Source: an uncultured Candidatus Rokubacteria bacterium | Lineage (GTDB): Bacteria; Methylomirabilota; Methylomirabilia; Rokubacteriales; CSP1-6 | NCBI GenBank assembly: GCA_963747235.1 | Contig: CAVVEU010000011.1 | Coordinates: forward strand, 18,513 to 82,512 | Reading direction: 5' to 3' | DNA: 64,000 nt | In this document: positions 9,764 to 20,608 of the stretch, piece after piece | Position numbering within the stretch: position 1 is the first letter of the stretch | Layout of the letters: each line of letters starts with the position of its first letter | Position numbers and translations under genes: made by a program | The notes under the pieces: model-generated | The model's input: only the letters and a program-made list of their open reading frames with translations | What the model was told of the DNA's origin: nothing | Database searches by the model: none

Positions 9764-11790
9764 TTAGAGGGCGGCGACCTCGACGCGGCAGTCGTTGTAG
9801 CAGGCGCCGCCGCAGATGTCGGCGTGGTGGCCCGGGGCCAGCGCGGAGACGGTCTGGCCGTTGTCGGTGGTCTTCATCCACGCGCCCTTCAGGCTGCAGA
9901 TCACGCCGGGCCGGATCTCGTCGGTGATCCGGAGCGGCAGGTGCACCTCGCCCAGCTCGTTCCACACCCGCACCCGCACGCCGTCCGCCAGGCCGCGGGC
10001 CCGCGCGTCGTCCGGGTGCATCTCGAGCGGCGGGATCACGTCGCCCGCCTTGAGCCCCCCGAACGTGGAGGTGATGCGCTCGTCCGAGGCCGGCGTGATG
10101 AGGATCAGCGGGAACTTGCGTCTCGTAGGCGCGGTAGGTGGGCAGGCGGCTGCCGTACTTCTTGTCGAGATACTCCGAGGCCAGCTCCACCTTGCCGGAG
10201 GCGGTCTTGGGGAAGACGTTCTTGAAGAGGATGGCCGGCTCGCCGCTCACCGTCATCGCGGTGGCGCGGTCGGTGGGCAGGCGGCTCGGCGCGATGCCGC
10301 CCAGGCGCGGGTCGGCCCCGTCCACCGCGTCGTCCATGAGCTGCGCGTCGCTGGCGGTGAAGATCGGATCGGTGTAGCCGAAGCGCGCGGCCAGCCGCCG
10401 GAAGATCTCGGTGTTGGGCAGCGACTCGTGCTGCGGCTGGATCACCGGCTCGGCGCGCTGCAGCCAGTGCTGGCCGTAGGCCGCGTAGATGTCGTCGTAC
10501 TCGAAGTGGCTCGAGGCGGGCAGCACCACGTCGGCGTAGGCGAGGCTGTCGGTCATCACCACGTCCGCAGCCCACGATGAAGAGATCCTCGCGGGCGAGC
10601 CCGCGGCGCATGCGGTTCTGGTCCGGATGCACGACGAGCGGGTTGTGGTTGTAGACGAAGAGCGCCTTGATGGGCGGCGACAGCGTGGGATCGAGCAGGT
10701 GCGCGCCCACGTCCACGATGTTGAGCGTGCGGGTGCCCGGCGGCAGGAGGTCCGGCCGCTGCAGCTTGGCGAGCGTCTTCGGGAACACGAAGCCCGCGCC
10801 GTTGACGAGCCCGCCGCCCGGCACCCCGAACTTCCCGGCCAGCGCGGGGAGCGCGAAGATCGCGCGGATGCCGCTGCCGCCGTTCTGGTTCCGCTCGAGC
10901 CCGTTGCCCACGCTGATCGAGGCGGGCGAGAGCGTGTGGTACCACTCCGCGAGCTGGCGGATCTGCGCCTCCGGCACCTGGCAGATGCGCGCGGCCTCCG
11001 CCACCGAGTAGCGCCGCGCGCCCGCCATGAACTCCTCGAAGCCGGTCACGTGCCGCTCGATGAACGCGCGGTCGAAGGCGCCCCGCCGCTCGAGCTCCGC
11101 GGCCAGCGCCCAGGCCAGCACCACGTCGGTGCCGGGCTTGAGCGCCACGTGCATGTCCGCCTGCTCGGCGATCTTGATGCGCTTGGGATCCACCACCACG
11201 ATCTTGGCCCCGTCGCGGCGGGCCGCGTTGAGGATCGGCGTGAGGTGGAGGTTCGACCACGTGACATTGTTGCCCCACGCGATCGCGAGCTTGGAATGCC
11301 GCACCTGCTCGGGCGCGATGCCGGGCGTGGTGCCGAAGGTGCCGAGCCAGGCCTGGGTGCGGATGCCGCCGCAGAGCGGCGAGCGGTCCAGGAGCGAGGC
11401 GCCCAGCTTGTGGAAGAAGCGCAGGTCCATGGAGGCGTACGCCAGCATGCCGTGCGGGCCCGCGTAGTTGAGCGGCAGCACCGACTGCGGGCCGTGGGCC
11501 GCGATCACGCTCGTCACGCGCTCGTGGATGATGTCGAGCGCCTCGTCCCAGGACACCGGCGCGAAGCGCCCCTCGCCCTTGGCGCCGATGCGGCGCAGCG
11601 GCGTCTGCAGGCGCCCGGGCCCGTGCACCCACTCGGGGTACGAGCCGGCGACCTTGGTGCAGATCACGCCGGCGGTGTAGGGATTGGCCCGCGAGCCGCG
11701 GATCTTCACGATCTTCGCGTGCTCCACGGTGACGGTGAGGCTGCAGGTGTCCGGGCAATCGAGGGGGCAGACGCTCGCATGGTCGCTCAT
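9764..11790 (-). CDS. Molybdopterin-dependent oxidoreductase (frameshifts near 10565 and 10120)
   Basis: N-terminal CPLDCPDTC...C Fe-S motif, SWDEALD, ADVVLPA, C-terminal MHPDDARARGL domain. Confidence 0.9.
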
Positions 11791-11893
11791 GGCTCGACAT
11801 GGTAAGGCAACCGGCGCGGGTCCGCCAGATTCGGCTTCAAATTTCTCTGAGAATTGGCGGAGTTCCGGCGCTCAGCCATCTCGCCACCCGCGG

Positions 11894-11920
11894 GTAAACG
11901 CGCCGAGCGCCGCTCTCGTC
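11894..11920 (+). promoter_or_regulatory. Candidate ECF sigma promoter
   Basis: GTAAAC-N17-CGTC about 50 nt upstream of the ATG at 11971. Confidence 0.45.
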
Positions 11921-11970
11921 TCATGCGGTGCACGGGGCGGCATCCATGGCCCCGGGCAGGAGGCAACACC

Positions 11971-12390
11971 ATGAAAAAGCTGATCGCGCTGGTTCTCGCT
12001 GCCGCGGTCTTTGCTCCAACGCTGGCCTTCGCGGGCGCGTCCACGGACGCGGCCCTCGGGCTCGGCGCCTTTGCCGTGTTCAACCAGATCCTGGGCGGCG
12101 TCGGCATCTTCCACCGCGGCCCGGTGGTGGCCGCGCCCCCGGTGGTCTACGCGCCGCCGGCTCCGGCGTACTACGCGCCGCCGCCTCCCGTCTACTACGC
12201 TCCGCCGCCTCGCGTCTACGTGCCCGCGCCGCGGGTGATCGCGAGGCCGTATCCGGTGTATGTGCCGGCGCCGCGCCACGTGGTGGTGCACCCGCAGCCC
12301 GCGTTCTGCCCGCCCGGCCACGCCCGCAAGGGCTGGTGCTACAACGGGCCGGCGTATCACCCGGCCCCTCAGCCGGGCTGGCGCCACTGA
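11971..12390 (+). CDS. Secreted Pro/Tyr-rich hypothetical protein
   Basis: GGAGG RBS, signal peptide MKKLIALVLAAA, repeated VYAPPP/YYAPPP, CPPGHARKGWC motif. Confidence 0.75.
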   Translation: MKKLIALVLAAAVFAPTLAFAGASTDAALGLGAFAVFNQILGGVGIFHRGPVVAAPPVVYAPPAPAYYAPPPPVYYAPPPRVYVPAPRVIARPYPVYVPAPRHVVVHPQPAFCPPGHARKGWCYNGPAYHPAPQPGWRH

Positions 12391-12415
12391 TCTCGTAGCT
12401 CGCTTCCGCTCCACG

Positions 12416-12445
12416 CCCTCTCCCCCGAGCCCCGGGGGGAGAGGG
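12416..12445. repeat. REP-like palindrome, copy 2
   Basis: CCCTCTCCCCC-N7-GGGGGGAGAGGG. Confidence 0.6.
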
Positions 12446-12494
12446 TGCTACACTCCGGGGCGATGCCTGACGCCCGCTCGCTCGAGCGCTGCGA

Positions 12495-13085
12495 GTGAGA
12501 CGCGTCTCCCTCCTCCGGCTGATCGCGGTCTTCACCTGGACCGGCCTCTCGAGCCTCGGCGGTGGCCGGAGCGCCTACTTCCACGACGCGCTGGTGCGAC
12601 GCCGCGGCTGGATCCGCCACGACGAGTTCGTGCAGGACTTCACGCTGAGCCAGGTGCTGCCCGGCCCCAACTTCAGCAATCTCGCGGTCGCCCTCGGCTA
12701 CCGGCTCGCCGGCATGGCGGGCGGCATCTGGGGCCTGCTCGCGATCGTGCTGCCGGGCGCCGTCATCCTGGTGGGCGCGGCCACGCTCTACCTGCACGGC
12801 GCGTTCAGCGGCTCGGCCACGCTCCTGCTGCGCAGCCTGAGCGCGGCGGTGGTGGGGCTCGTGCTCGTCACCACCCTGCGCATCACGCGCGGCTCGCTCC
12901 GCGGCGGCCGCGGGATCGTGGTGGCCGCGCTCACCTTCCTGGCGGTGGGGCCGCTGCGCCTGCCCACCGTGGGCGTCGTGCTCGCGATGGCGGCGGTGAG
13001 CCTGGCGCTGCACTGGACCGTGCCGGCGCCGCCGGCCCCCGCGACTCCGTCGGCCGAGACGGCCTCACCCGAGGAGATCTGCTGA
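12495..13085 (+). CDS. Chromate transporter, short-chain CHR subunit 1
   Basis: SLGGG and SQVLPGPN motifs. Confidence 0.85.
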   Translation: MRRVSLLRLIAVFTWTGLSSLGGGRSAYFHDALVRRRGWIRHDEFVQDFTLSQVLPGPNFSNLAVALGYRLAGMAGGIWGLLAIVLPGAVILVGAATLYLHGAFSGSATLLLRSLSAAVVGLVLVTTLRITRGSLRGGRGIVVAALTFLAVGPLRLPTVGVVLAMAAVSLALHWTVPAPPAPATPSAETASPEEIC

Positions 13086-13606
13086 TGGCGGATCTCGCGA
13101 TGCTCACCTGGACGTTTCTCTGGTTGAGCCTCCTCTGCGTGGGCGGCGGGCTCGGGGTGATCCCGGAGATGGAGCGGCAGTCGGTGACCATCCACGGCTG
13201 GCTCACCGCGCGGGAGTTCGTGGATGGCTACACGCTCACGCAGCTCACGCCGGGCCCGAACATGCTCATCGCGGTCTTCGTGGGCTACCGCGCCCACGGG
13301 GTGCTCGGCGGCCTCCTCGCCGGGCTCGCCATGTTCGTGCCCACCTCGATCCTGGCCATGGTCATCTCGCATCACTGGCAGCAGTGGCGCACCCGGCGCT
13401 GGGCCGCCATCGCGGAGCGGGCGCTGATTCCCGTCGGTGTCGGGCTCATGGCCGGCGGCGTGTACACGGTGGCGCGCACCGCGATCCACGACGGCCTGAC
13501 CCTGGCGCTCGCGGCGGTCACCGCGCTCGCGGTCACCTCGGATCGCGTGCCGCCGGTGCTCGCGGTGCTGGCCGCGGGCACGCTCGGCTGGTTTCTCTCG
13601 CGCTGA
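13085..13606 (+). CDS. Chromate transporter, short-chain CHR subunit 2
   Basis: VGGG and TQLTPGPNM motifs; ATG overlaps the stop of subunit 1. Confidence 0.85.
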   Translation: MADLAMLTWTFLWLSLLCVGGGLGVIPEMERQSVTIHGWLTAREFVDGYTLTQLTPGPNMLIAVFVGYRAHGVLGGLLAGLAMFVPTSILAMVISHHWQQWRTRRWAAIAERALIPVGVGLMAGGVYTVARTAIHDGLTLALAAVTALAVTSDRVPPVLAVLAAGTLGWFLSR

Positions 13607-13700
13607 CGCCCCGCGCTTGACACCGCCGTCGCGGCGGGCATATCGTCGCCCCGGCTCACCGGTGTTGCGGTGCCCGCAGCCCTCGACGAGGAGGCATGCC

Positions 13701-14823
13701 ATGCTTCGTCAGCGCTCTCCGATCTCCCGCGGTGTCCTGATGGCCGTCGGCTGTCTCATCCTCCTCGCGATCGTCTCGGCGGCCTCGGTGACCGCGCAGC
13801 GGCTCGCCGACGGGCAGGCGCCGAAGTTCACGGTGGATCCCTTCTGGCCCAAGCCCCTGCCCAACCGCTGGCTCTTCGGCCAGGTGGCGGGCGTGGCGAC
13901 CGACAGCCTCGACCACGTGTGGATCGTGCAGCGCCCGCGGTCGCTCACCGATGACGAGAAGGGCGCCACGCTGAATCCGCCGCGCAACGAGTGCTGCGTG
14001 CCCGCGCCCGCGGTGATGGAGTTCGACAGCGAGGGCAACCTGCTCCAGGCCTGGGGCGGACCGGGGCCCGGCTACGACTGGCCGGCCAACGAGCACGGCA
14101 TCTTCGTGGACCAGGCCGGCAACGTGTGGCTGGCCGGCAACGGCGAGAAGGATCACCAGATCCTCAAGTTCGCGCGCGACGGCCGCTTCCTGCTGCAGAT
14201 CGGCAAGCCGGCCTCGAGCGGCGGCGACACCGACACGCGGAACCTGAACCGGCCCGCCGACGTGCGGGTGGACGCCGCCGCCAACGAGCTGTACGTGGCC
14301 GACGGCTACGCCAACCACCGGATCATCGTGTTCGACGCCACCACCGGCGCCTACAAGCGCCACTGGGGCGCCAACGGGCGGCCGCCGGGCGACGCGAGCG
14401 TCAAGCAGTTCAAGAACCCGGTGCACTGCGTGCGCGTCGCGGCCGACGGGCTCGTCTACGTCTGCGACCGCATGAACAACCGGATCCAGGTCTTCAAGAA
14501 GGACGGCTCCTTCGTGGAGGAGTTCACGCTGGCGACCTCCACCGGCGGCAACGGCTCGGTGTGGGACCTCGACTTCTCGCGCGACGCGGCCCAGAGCTAC
14601 CTCTACGTGGCCGACGGCGAGAACAACCACGTGTGGATGCTCTCGCGCGACCTCCGGCAAGGTGCTCTCGCGCTTCGGGCGCAGCGGCCGCTACGCGGGC
14701 CAGCTCCACTGGATCCACAACATGGCGGTGGACTCGCGCGGCAACATCTACACCACCGAGGTGGACACCGCCAAGCGCGTCCAGAAGTTCGTCTTCCAGG
14801 GCCTCTTCCCGATCTCCGACTGA
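13701..14823 (+). CDS. Secreted NHL-repeat beta-propeller protein (frameshift near 14655)
   Basis: Signal peptide, DPFWPKPLP, LYVADGYANHRI and VYVCDRMNNRIQVF; C-terminus in the second frame (HNMAVDSRGNIYTTEV). Confidence 0.85.
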
Positions 14824-14831
14824 CCTCCTCT

Positions 14832-14880
14832 CCTCTCCCCTCTGGGGAGAGGGCAGGGTGAGGGGCGCGAGGGTGAGGGG
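14832..14880. repeat. REP-like palindrome, copy 3, with a short tandem duplication
   Basis: CCTCTCCCC-TCT-GGGGAGAGGGCAGGGTGAGGGG followed by a second AGGGTGAGGGG. Confidence 0.75.
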
Positions 14881-14900
14881 TCGAAGGCCGTCGCGGTAAG

Positions 14901-15962
14901 ATGGACGCGCCCATGCTCACCCCCGCCGAGCACGCCCCGCTCGCACCGCACTGCACGCTCCGCCTCGGCGGCCCCGCCCGCTACCTGGTCGAGGCCACCG
15001 ACGAGGCCACCGTCGCGGAGGCCGTCCAGTGGGCCGCGGCCCGCACGCTGCCGGTGCGCGTCCTCGGCGGCGGCTCCAACCTGGTCATCGCCGACGAGGG
15101 CGTGGACGGCCTCGTCCTCAAGATCGCCCTCCGCGGCGTGACCGCGCGCGAGATCCCCGGCGCGGTGGAGGTGACGGCCGCCGCGGGCGAGCCGTGGGAC
15201 GACTTCGTGCGCCACACGGTGGAGCGCGGCTGGGCCGGGCTCGAGTGCCTGAGCGGCATTCCCGGCCTGGTGGGCGCCACGCCGATCCAGAACGTGGGCG
15301 CCTACGGCCAGGAGGTGAGCGACACGCTCGCCGCGGTGCGCGCGCTCGACCGCGAGAGCGGCCGCGTCGTGACGCTCGCGCCCGCCGAGTGCGGCTTCGG
15401 CTACCGCGACAGCCTCTTCAAGAGCCGCGCCCCCGGCCGCTACGTCGTCCTCGCCGCCACCTACCGGCTCGTCCCGGGCGGGGCGCCCTATCTCGGCTAC
15501 GCCGACATCGCGCGCGAGATCGGGAGCGCGTCGCCCCCGCTGGCCACCGTGCGCGAGACCGTGATCCGGGTGCGCCGCTCCAAGTCCATGGTGCTCGACC
15601 CGGGCGATCCGAACGCGCGGAGCTGCGGCTCCTTCTTCCTGAATCCCATCGTGGACGCGGCCGCGCTCGCCGCGATCGACGCGCGCGCGGCCGGCCTCTC
15701 CATGCCGCGCTGGCCGCAGCCCGACGGCCGCGTGAAGCTCTCCGCCGCCTGGCTGATCGAGCGCGCCGGCTTCACGCGCGGGCAGAGCGAGGGGCCGGTC
15801 GGCCTCTCCACGCGCCACACGCTCGCCATCGTCTGCCACGACGGCGCGCGCGCCCGCGACGTCACCGCCTTCGCCCGCCGCGTGCGGGCGGGCGTCGAGG
15901 CGCGCTTCGGCGTGCGCCTGCACCCCGAGCCCATCTTCTGGGGTACCCTGAGCCTCGACTGA
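14901..15962 (+). CDS. murB: UDP-N-acetylmuramate dehydrogenase
   Basis: GGGSN, LSGIPG..GATPIQNVGAYG, FGYRDSLFK, GSFFLNP and LHPEP motifs. Confidence 0.95.
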   Translation: MDAPMLTPAEHAPLAPHCTLRLGGPARYLVEATDEATVAEAVQWAAARTLPVRVLGGGSNLVIADEGVDGLVLKIALRGVTAREIPGAVEVTAAAGEPWDDFVRHTVERGWAGLECLSGIPGLVGATPIQNVGAYGQEVSDTLAAVRALDRESGRVVTLAPAECGFGYRDSLFKSRAPGRYVVLAATYRLVPGGAPYLGYADIAREIGSASPPLATVRETVIRVRRSKSMVLDPGDPNARSCGSFFLNPIVDAAALAAIDARAAGLSMPRWPQPDGRVKLSAAWLIERAGFTRGQSEGPVGLSTRHTLAIVCHDGARARDVTAFARRVRAGVEARFGVRLHPEPIFWGTLSLD

Positions 15963-15987
15963 ATCACCGTCCACTGAAGGAGTGTCC

Positions 15988-17154
15988 ATGAAGATCACCG
16001 CCGTCCGCGCCACCTGGCTCCGCGCCCCCATTCCCGCCGAGCACGCGCACGTCAGCGACTTCGGCCGCAACGACACCTTCAACATGTGCCTGGTCGAGAT
16101 CGAGACCAACACCGGGCTGCTCGGGCTCGGCGAGGCCAAGGCCGCGGTCGGCAATCTCGGCAACTACGCGGCGATGGTGACGTTGATCCGCGAGGAGATG
16201 GGGCCCGCCATCGTGGGCCGCGATCCGCGCGACATCACCGCGATCTGGGAGCTGCTCTACAACGGCTCGCGCGCCCGCTACGCCGCGCGCGAGGGGCGGA
16301 CCTTTCCCACCATCGGCCGGCGCGGGCTCGCGATGAGCGCGATGAGCGGCATCGACATCGCGTGCTGGGATCTCCTCGGGCGCTCGGTGGGCCAGCCGGT
16401 GTGGCGGCTCCTGGGCGGGCAGTACCGCGACCGGATCCCGGCCTACGCGAGCGGGGGCTGGGCGCCGGTGGGGGCGATCGGCAAGCAGATGACCCAGTAC
16501 GTGGAGCGCGGGCACCGCGCGGTGAAGCTGCGGGTGGGACTGCAAGACAAGAGCGTGGACGATTCGGCCGCGCGCGTGCGCGAGGTGCGCGAGACGCTCG
16601 GGCCCGACGTGGGCATCATGGTGGACGCGCACGGCACCTGGAGCGTGCGCGAGGCCATGCGCTTCGCGCGCAAGGTCGAGGACTGCGACCTCGGCTGGTT
16701 CGAGGAGCCGGTGTCCTCCGAGAATCTCGAGGGCCAGGCGGAGGTGCGCGCCTCCACCGACATCCCGATCGCGGCGGGGGAGAGCGAGCAGACACGCTTC
16801 GCCTTCCGCGACATGATCGCGGCCCGCGCGGTGGACGTGTGCCAGCCCGACGTGGCCATCGCGGGCGGGATCACCGAGACCCAGCGCATCGCCGCGCTCG
16901 CGGCCGCCCACGATCTCACGGTGGCGCCGCACCTCTGGGGCTCGGCCATCCTCTTCGCGGCGGGCCTGCACCTCGCGGTGTCCACGCCGTGCGTGAACCT
17001 GCTCGAGTTCTCCCGCGGGCACAATCCGCTGCTGAACGACCTCGTGGAGGAGCGCGTGGAGCTCGAGGACGGCCACGTGCTGGCGCCCGCCGGTCCCGGG
17101 CTCGGCCTCACGCTGCGCCGCGATTTCGTGGCGAGGGTGGCAGTTTCGGCCTAA
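15988..17154 (+). CDS. Mandelate racemase/muconate lactonizing enzyme family protein
   Basis: SGIDIACWDL, KLR, MVDAH, WFEEP, AGE, QPD and PGLG enolase-superfamily motifs. Confidence 0.9.
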   Translation: MKITAVRATWLRAPIPAEHAHVSDFGRNDTFNMCLVEIETNTGLLGLGEAKAAVGNLGNYAAMVTLIREEMGPAIVGRDPRDITAIWELLYNGSRARYAAREGRTFPTIGRRGLAMSAMSGIDIACWDLLGRSVGQPVWRLLGGQYRDRIPAYASGGWAPVGAIGKQMTQYVERGHRAVKLRVGLQDKSVDDSAARVREVRETLGPDVGIMVDAHGTWSVREAMRFARKVEDCDLGWFEEPVSSENLEGQAEVRASTDIPIAAGESEQTRFAFRDMIAARAVDVCQPDVAIAGGITETQRIAALAAAHDLTVAPHLWGSAILFAAGLHLAVSTPCVNLLEFSRGHNPLLNDLVEERVELEDGHVLAPAGPGLGLTLRRDFVARVAVSA

Positions 17155-17225
17155 CCGGCCGGATAATCACGCGCTTTTAAGACCAGCACCAGGAATGCCT
17201 TGGGGCTACCGTAGAGGCACCCCCG

Positions 17226-20200
17226 ATGGATCCAGAACGCATCCTGGTCCTAGACGATGAGCCCGAGGTCGCCGCCTTCCTGGCTGAGTTCCTGGAGCGG
17301 CTTGGCTACGACGTCGTGACGGCCCACTCTGGCGCCGACGGCCTCGCGATTCTCCGCGAAGGACGCGTGGGGCTGCTGTTGCTCGATCTCCGGCTCGGGG
17401 ACATGGACGGCAGCCAGGTGATGGAGGAGGTCCAGAAGCTGCGTTCGCCGCCCGACATCGTCTGCGTGACCGGGGAAGCGAGCCTCGACGCTGCCATCAA
17501 GGCGGTGGAAGGCGGGACCGCCGGCTACATCCTCAAGCCGGTGGATCCTGCCCGGCTCGAGCCGATCGTGCGCCGGATCTGGGAGCGCCGCCGGTTGCTT
17601 CGCGAGAACATCCAATTGCAGGCTGAGATGGAGGTCCGGCTCAAGGAGACCGAGGCGGTCCTGGCCATCGCGCACACCGCCAGCACCACGCTCGATGTGC
17701 AGGAGGCGTTGCGCCGGATCTGCCGGGAGCTGACGCGCCTGATCGGCGCCGACACCGGCGCGGCGTACCTGCTCGATCCCGGCGCCCCGCGACTCGTTCC
17801 GTGCGCCGGCTATCGCGTCCCGAAGGACATGCTCGCCACGTTCCTCGCCTTTCCGCTCCCGCTCGACGAGCAGGGCTTCGTGGAGGTCTGGGCGGCCCGG
17901 CGGCCGGTTTTCTCCGACAACGTGCCCGCCGATCCGCGCTTCAGCTATCAGCTCTTCAAGCTCTTTCGTCATCAGTCGGGCCTGGTACTCCCGCTGCTCC
18001 TCGACGAGGAAGTGGCGGGCGCCTTCTACATGGTCTGGTGGACGAAGCGGAAGGTGCTGACCGAGCGTGAGCTCTCGCTCGTGCATCACGTGGCCTCGCA
18101 GGTCACGGTGGTGCTGCGCCACGCCCGGCTCTTCGACCAGGCGCAGCGGGAGCGCAAGCGGCTCGCCGTCCTCTACGAGATCTCGCGGCGGCTGGCCGCC
18201 GCCGAGGACACCGGGCAGGTGCTGTCACTCCTGATCGAGGAGACGGTCGGGTTGCTGGCGGTGGAGGCGGCGGGGATCCGTCTCCTGGAGGGCGAGGACC
18301 TCGTGGTGGGCGCGCGAACCCGGTCCGCCGCGCGGATCATGGCCCGCCCGCGAATCCGGGTGGGGGAGAGCCTGAGCGGGATCGTGGTGGCGACCGGCCA
18401 GCCGGTGGCGGTTGAGGATCTCCAGAACGACACTCGCTACGATGCTGCTCACAAGGCGGGCGCGATCCAGGAGGGTTTCCAGGGATTCCTGGGCGTGCCG
18501 CTCCAGATCAGCGGGCGAACCATCGGCTGTCTCCTCGTCTTCAGCAAGAATCGACGGCGGTTCAGCTCCGAGGACATCTCGCTCCTGACCGCTCTCGGCG
18601 ACCACGCGTCCGTGGCCATTCACAAGGCGCGTCTGTACGCGGAGAGCCGTGCGCGCGAGGCGGAGGTGACCAAGCTCTACGAGGTCACCGCACACCTGAC
18701 CGCCACGCTCGACGTGGACTCGGTGCTGGACCAGATCGTCGCCAAGACTATCGACCTGCTCGCCTGTGATGCATCCGGTGTCTATGTGTCCGACGAGTCG
18801 CGGGGCGGCCTGGCCTTCCGTCGCGGCCTCCACCTCACGGCCGGCCACACCCCGGATCTCGTGCTGAAGTTCGGCGAGGGGATCGCCGGGCGCGCGTTCC
18901 AGGAGCGCCGGCCCGCGAGCACTGCCGATCGTCTCGCCGATCCGTCATTGCGCTACGCCAAGGCGACGGACCAGGTCTTCCAGCAAGGCCCCAGAGCGTA
19001 TCTCGCGGTTCCAATCGTGGTCCGAGACGAAGCTCTCGGAGTGCTGATGGCCTACTTCTTCGAGCCCCACGCGTTCTCCGACAAAGAGGCGCAGCTGCTG
19101 GCGGCCCTGGCCGCCCACGCGGGGATCGCGATGGACAATGCGCGGCACCACGAGGAGGTCAGGCTCCAGCAGAGCCGTCTCGCCCAGATCTTCGACTCCA
19201 CCTCCGACGGGATGCTGCTGGTCGCGCCCGACGGTCAGGTCGAGACGGCCAACCGGCGCGCGGGTGACATGCTCGGGCTCGACGCGGCCGACCTGGTCGG
19301 CGCCGAGCTCACCGAGCTGCTGGCCGGGCAGCGAAACGAGGGCGCCGAGTACCAGCGGATGTTCGCGGCCCTCCGCTCGCTGGTGAACGATCCGGAACAC
19401 GGTGGGCAGGGCGACCTCGAGCTTCGTGCTTTGCGCCGCACCATCCACTGGATGTCCCAGCCCACCAAGGACAGCGCCGGTTCCACTTGTGGCTTCACCC
19501 TCACCTTCCACGACGTGACCCACGAACGAGAGGTGAGTCGGATGAAGTCCGATTTCGTCTCGTTCGTGACCCACCAGCTCCGCACGCCGCTGGCCGGGAT
19601 CCGGTGGATGCTCGAGCTGGCCGCTCAGGATCCCGACGTCCCCGCCGACGCGGCGTCCTACGTCCAGGATGCGCGAGAGGCGGCGCAGCGGCTGATCCAG
19701 CTCGTGAACGATCTCCTCGACATCTCTCGGCTCGAGCGGGGGAAGCTCACGGTGGCCGCAACGCCGATCGATCTGGGGGAGCTCACGCGAGGCGTGCTGG
19801 CCGAGATGTCGGTGCTCGTGCAGGAGAAGGCGCATCGCGTGTCGCTGGCCGGCGATGCGAACGCTCCGCGCGTGCTGGCGGATCCTCAGCTCGTGCGCCA
19901 GGTGGTCGTGAACCTCGTCTCGAACGCCATCAAGTACACGCCGAAGGCCGGCACGATCGAGATCCACCTCGATCCGGATGGGACGGCCCTCCGCTGGTCG
20001 ATCCGCGACAGCGGGGTCGGGGTCCCGGGGCTGGCGCAGCCGAGGCTGTTCGAGAAATTCTACCGGGCCGACAACGTGGTAACGCTGGAAACCGAAGGCA
20101 CCGGACTCGGCCTGTATCTGGTGCGCTTGATCATGGAGCAGCTCGGTGGCCGGGTGTGGTGCGAGTCCGAGGAGGGCGCGGGGGCCACCTTCCTCTTCAC

Positions 20201-20228
20201 GCTGCCGCTGGCGGAGACGGCAGGATGA
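17226..20228 (+). CDS. Hybrid sensor histidine kinase (REC-GAF-GAF-GAF-PAS-HisKA-HATPase)
   Basis: N-terminal receiver (LDDE, LLDL, KP), three GAF-like repeats, H-box THQLRTPL, NAIKY, DSGVG, GTGLGL. Confidence 0.92.
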   Translation: MDPERILVLDDEPEVAAFLAEFLERLGYDVVTAHSGADGLAILREGRVGLLLLDLRLGDMDGSQVMEEVQKLRSPPDIVCVTGEASLDAAIKAVEGGTAGYILKPVDPARLEPIVRRIWERRRLLRENIQLQAEMEVRLKETEAVLAIAHTASTTLDVQEALRRICRELTRLIGADTGAAYLLDPGAPRLVPCAGYRVPKDMLATFLAFPLPLDEQGFVEVWAARRPVFSDNVPADPRFSYQLFKLFRHQSGLVLPLLLDEEVAGAFYMVWWTKRKVLTERELSLVHHVASQVTVVLRHARLFDQAQRERKRLAVLYEISRRLAAAEDTGQVLSLLIEETVGLLAVEAAGIRLLEGEDLVVGARTRSAARIMARPRIRVGESLSGIVVATGQPVAVEDLQNDTRYDAAHKAGAIQEGFQGFLGVPLQISGRTIGCLLVFSKNRRRFSSEDISLLTALGDHASVAIHKARLYAESRAREAEVTKLYEVTAHLTATLDVDSVLDQIVAKTIDLLACDASGVYVSDESRGGLAFRRGLHLTAGHTPDLVLKFGEGIAGRAFQERRPASTADRLADPSLRYAKATDQVFQQGPRAYLAVPIVVRDEALGVLMAYFFEPHAFSDKEAQLLAALAAHAGIAMDNARHHEEVRLQQSRLAQIFDSTSDGMLLVAPDGQVETANRRAGDMLGLDAADLVGAELTELLAGQRNEGAEYQRMFAALRSLVNDPEHGGQGDLELRALRRTIHWMSQPTKDSAGSTCGFTLTFHDVTHEREVSRMKSDFVSFVTHQLRTPLAGIRWMLELAAQDPDVPADAASYVQDAREAAQRLIQLVNDLLDISRLERGKLTVAATPIDLGELTRGVLAEMSVLVQEKAHRVSLAGDANAPRVLADPQLVRQVVVNLVSNAIKYTPKAGTIEIHLDPDGTALRWSIRDSGVGVPGLAQPRLFEKFYRADNVVTLETEGTGLGLYLVRLIMEQLGGRVWCESEEGAGATFLFTLPLAETAG

Positions 20229-20608
20229 CCCCGCGGCGCATCCTTCTGGTGGAGGACGATCGCTTCCTGCGCCGGGCCTGCGAGATCAGCCTCCGCCAAC
20301 GCGGCTTCGTGGTCACCACCGCGGCCGACGGCGAGGAGGCACTCCGCAAAGTACGAGCGGAGACGCCCGACTTGATCCTGCTCGATCTCCTCATGCCGAA
20401 GATGACGGGGACGGAGGTCCTGAAAGCGCTGAGGGCCGAAGAGGCCACAAGGGAGATTCGCGTGCTGATCCTCTCCAATTCGTCGCGTGAGCAGGATGTC
20501 GAGGAGATCAAGACCCTCGGCGTGTCCGGGTATTTCGTCAAGGCGGACCTGTCGCTGCAGGAGCTGGGCGATATGGTGGCGCGCCTTCTGGAGCCTGACC
20601 ATGGGTGA
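20225..20608 (+). CDS. Single-domain response regulator 1
   Basis: ILLVEDD, PDLILLDLLMP, ILSN and YFVK; ATG overlaps the kinase stop. Confidence 0.9.
   Translation: MTPRRILLVEDDRFLRRACEISLRQRGFVVTTAADGEEALRKVRAETPDLILLDLLMPKMTGTEVLKALRAEEATREIRVLILSNSSREQDVEEIKTLGVSGYFVKADLSLQELGDMVARLLEPDHG

Noticed and set aside
12495-13606. Split chromate transporter as a broken gene
   Set aside because: Paired short-chain CHR genes are a known natural architecture, and each half has its own motifs and start
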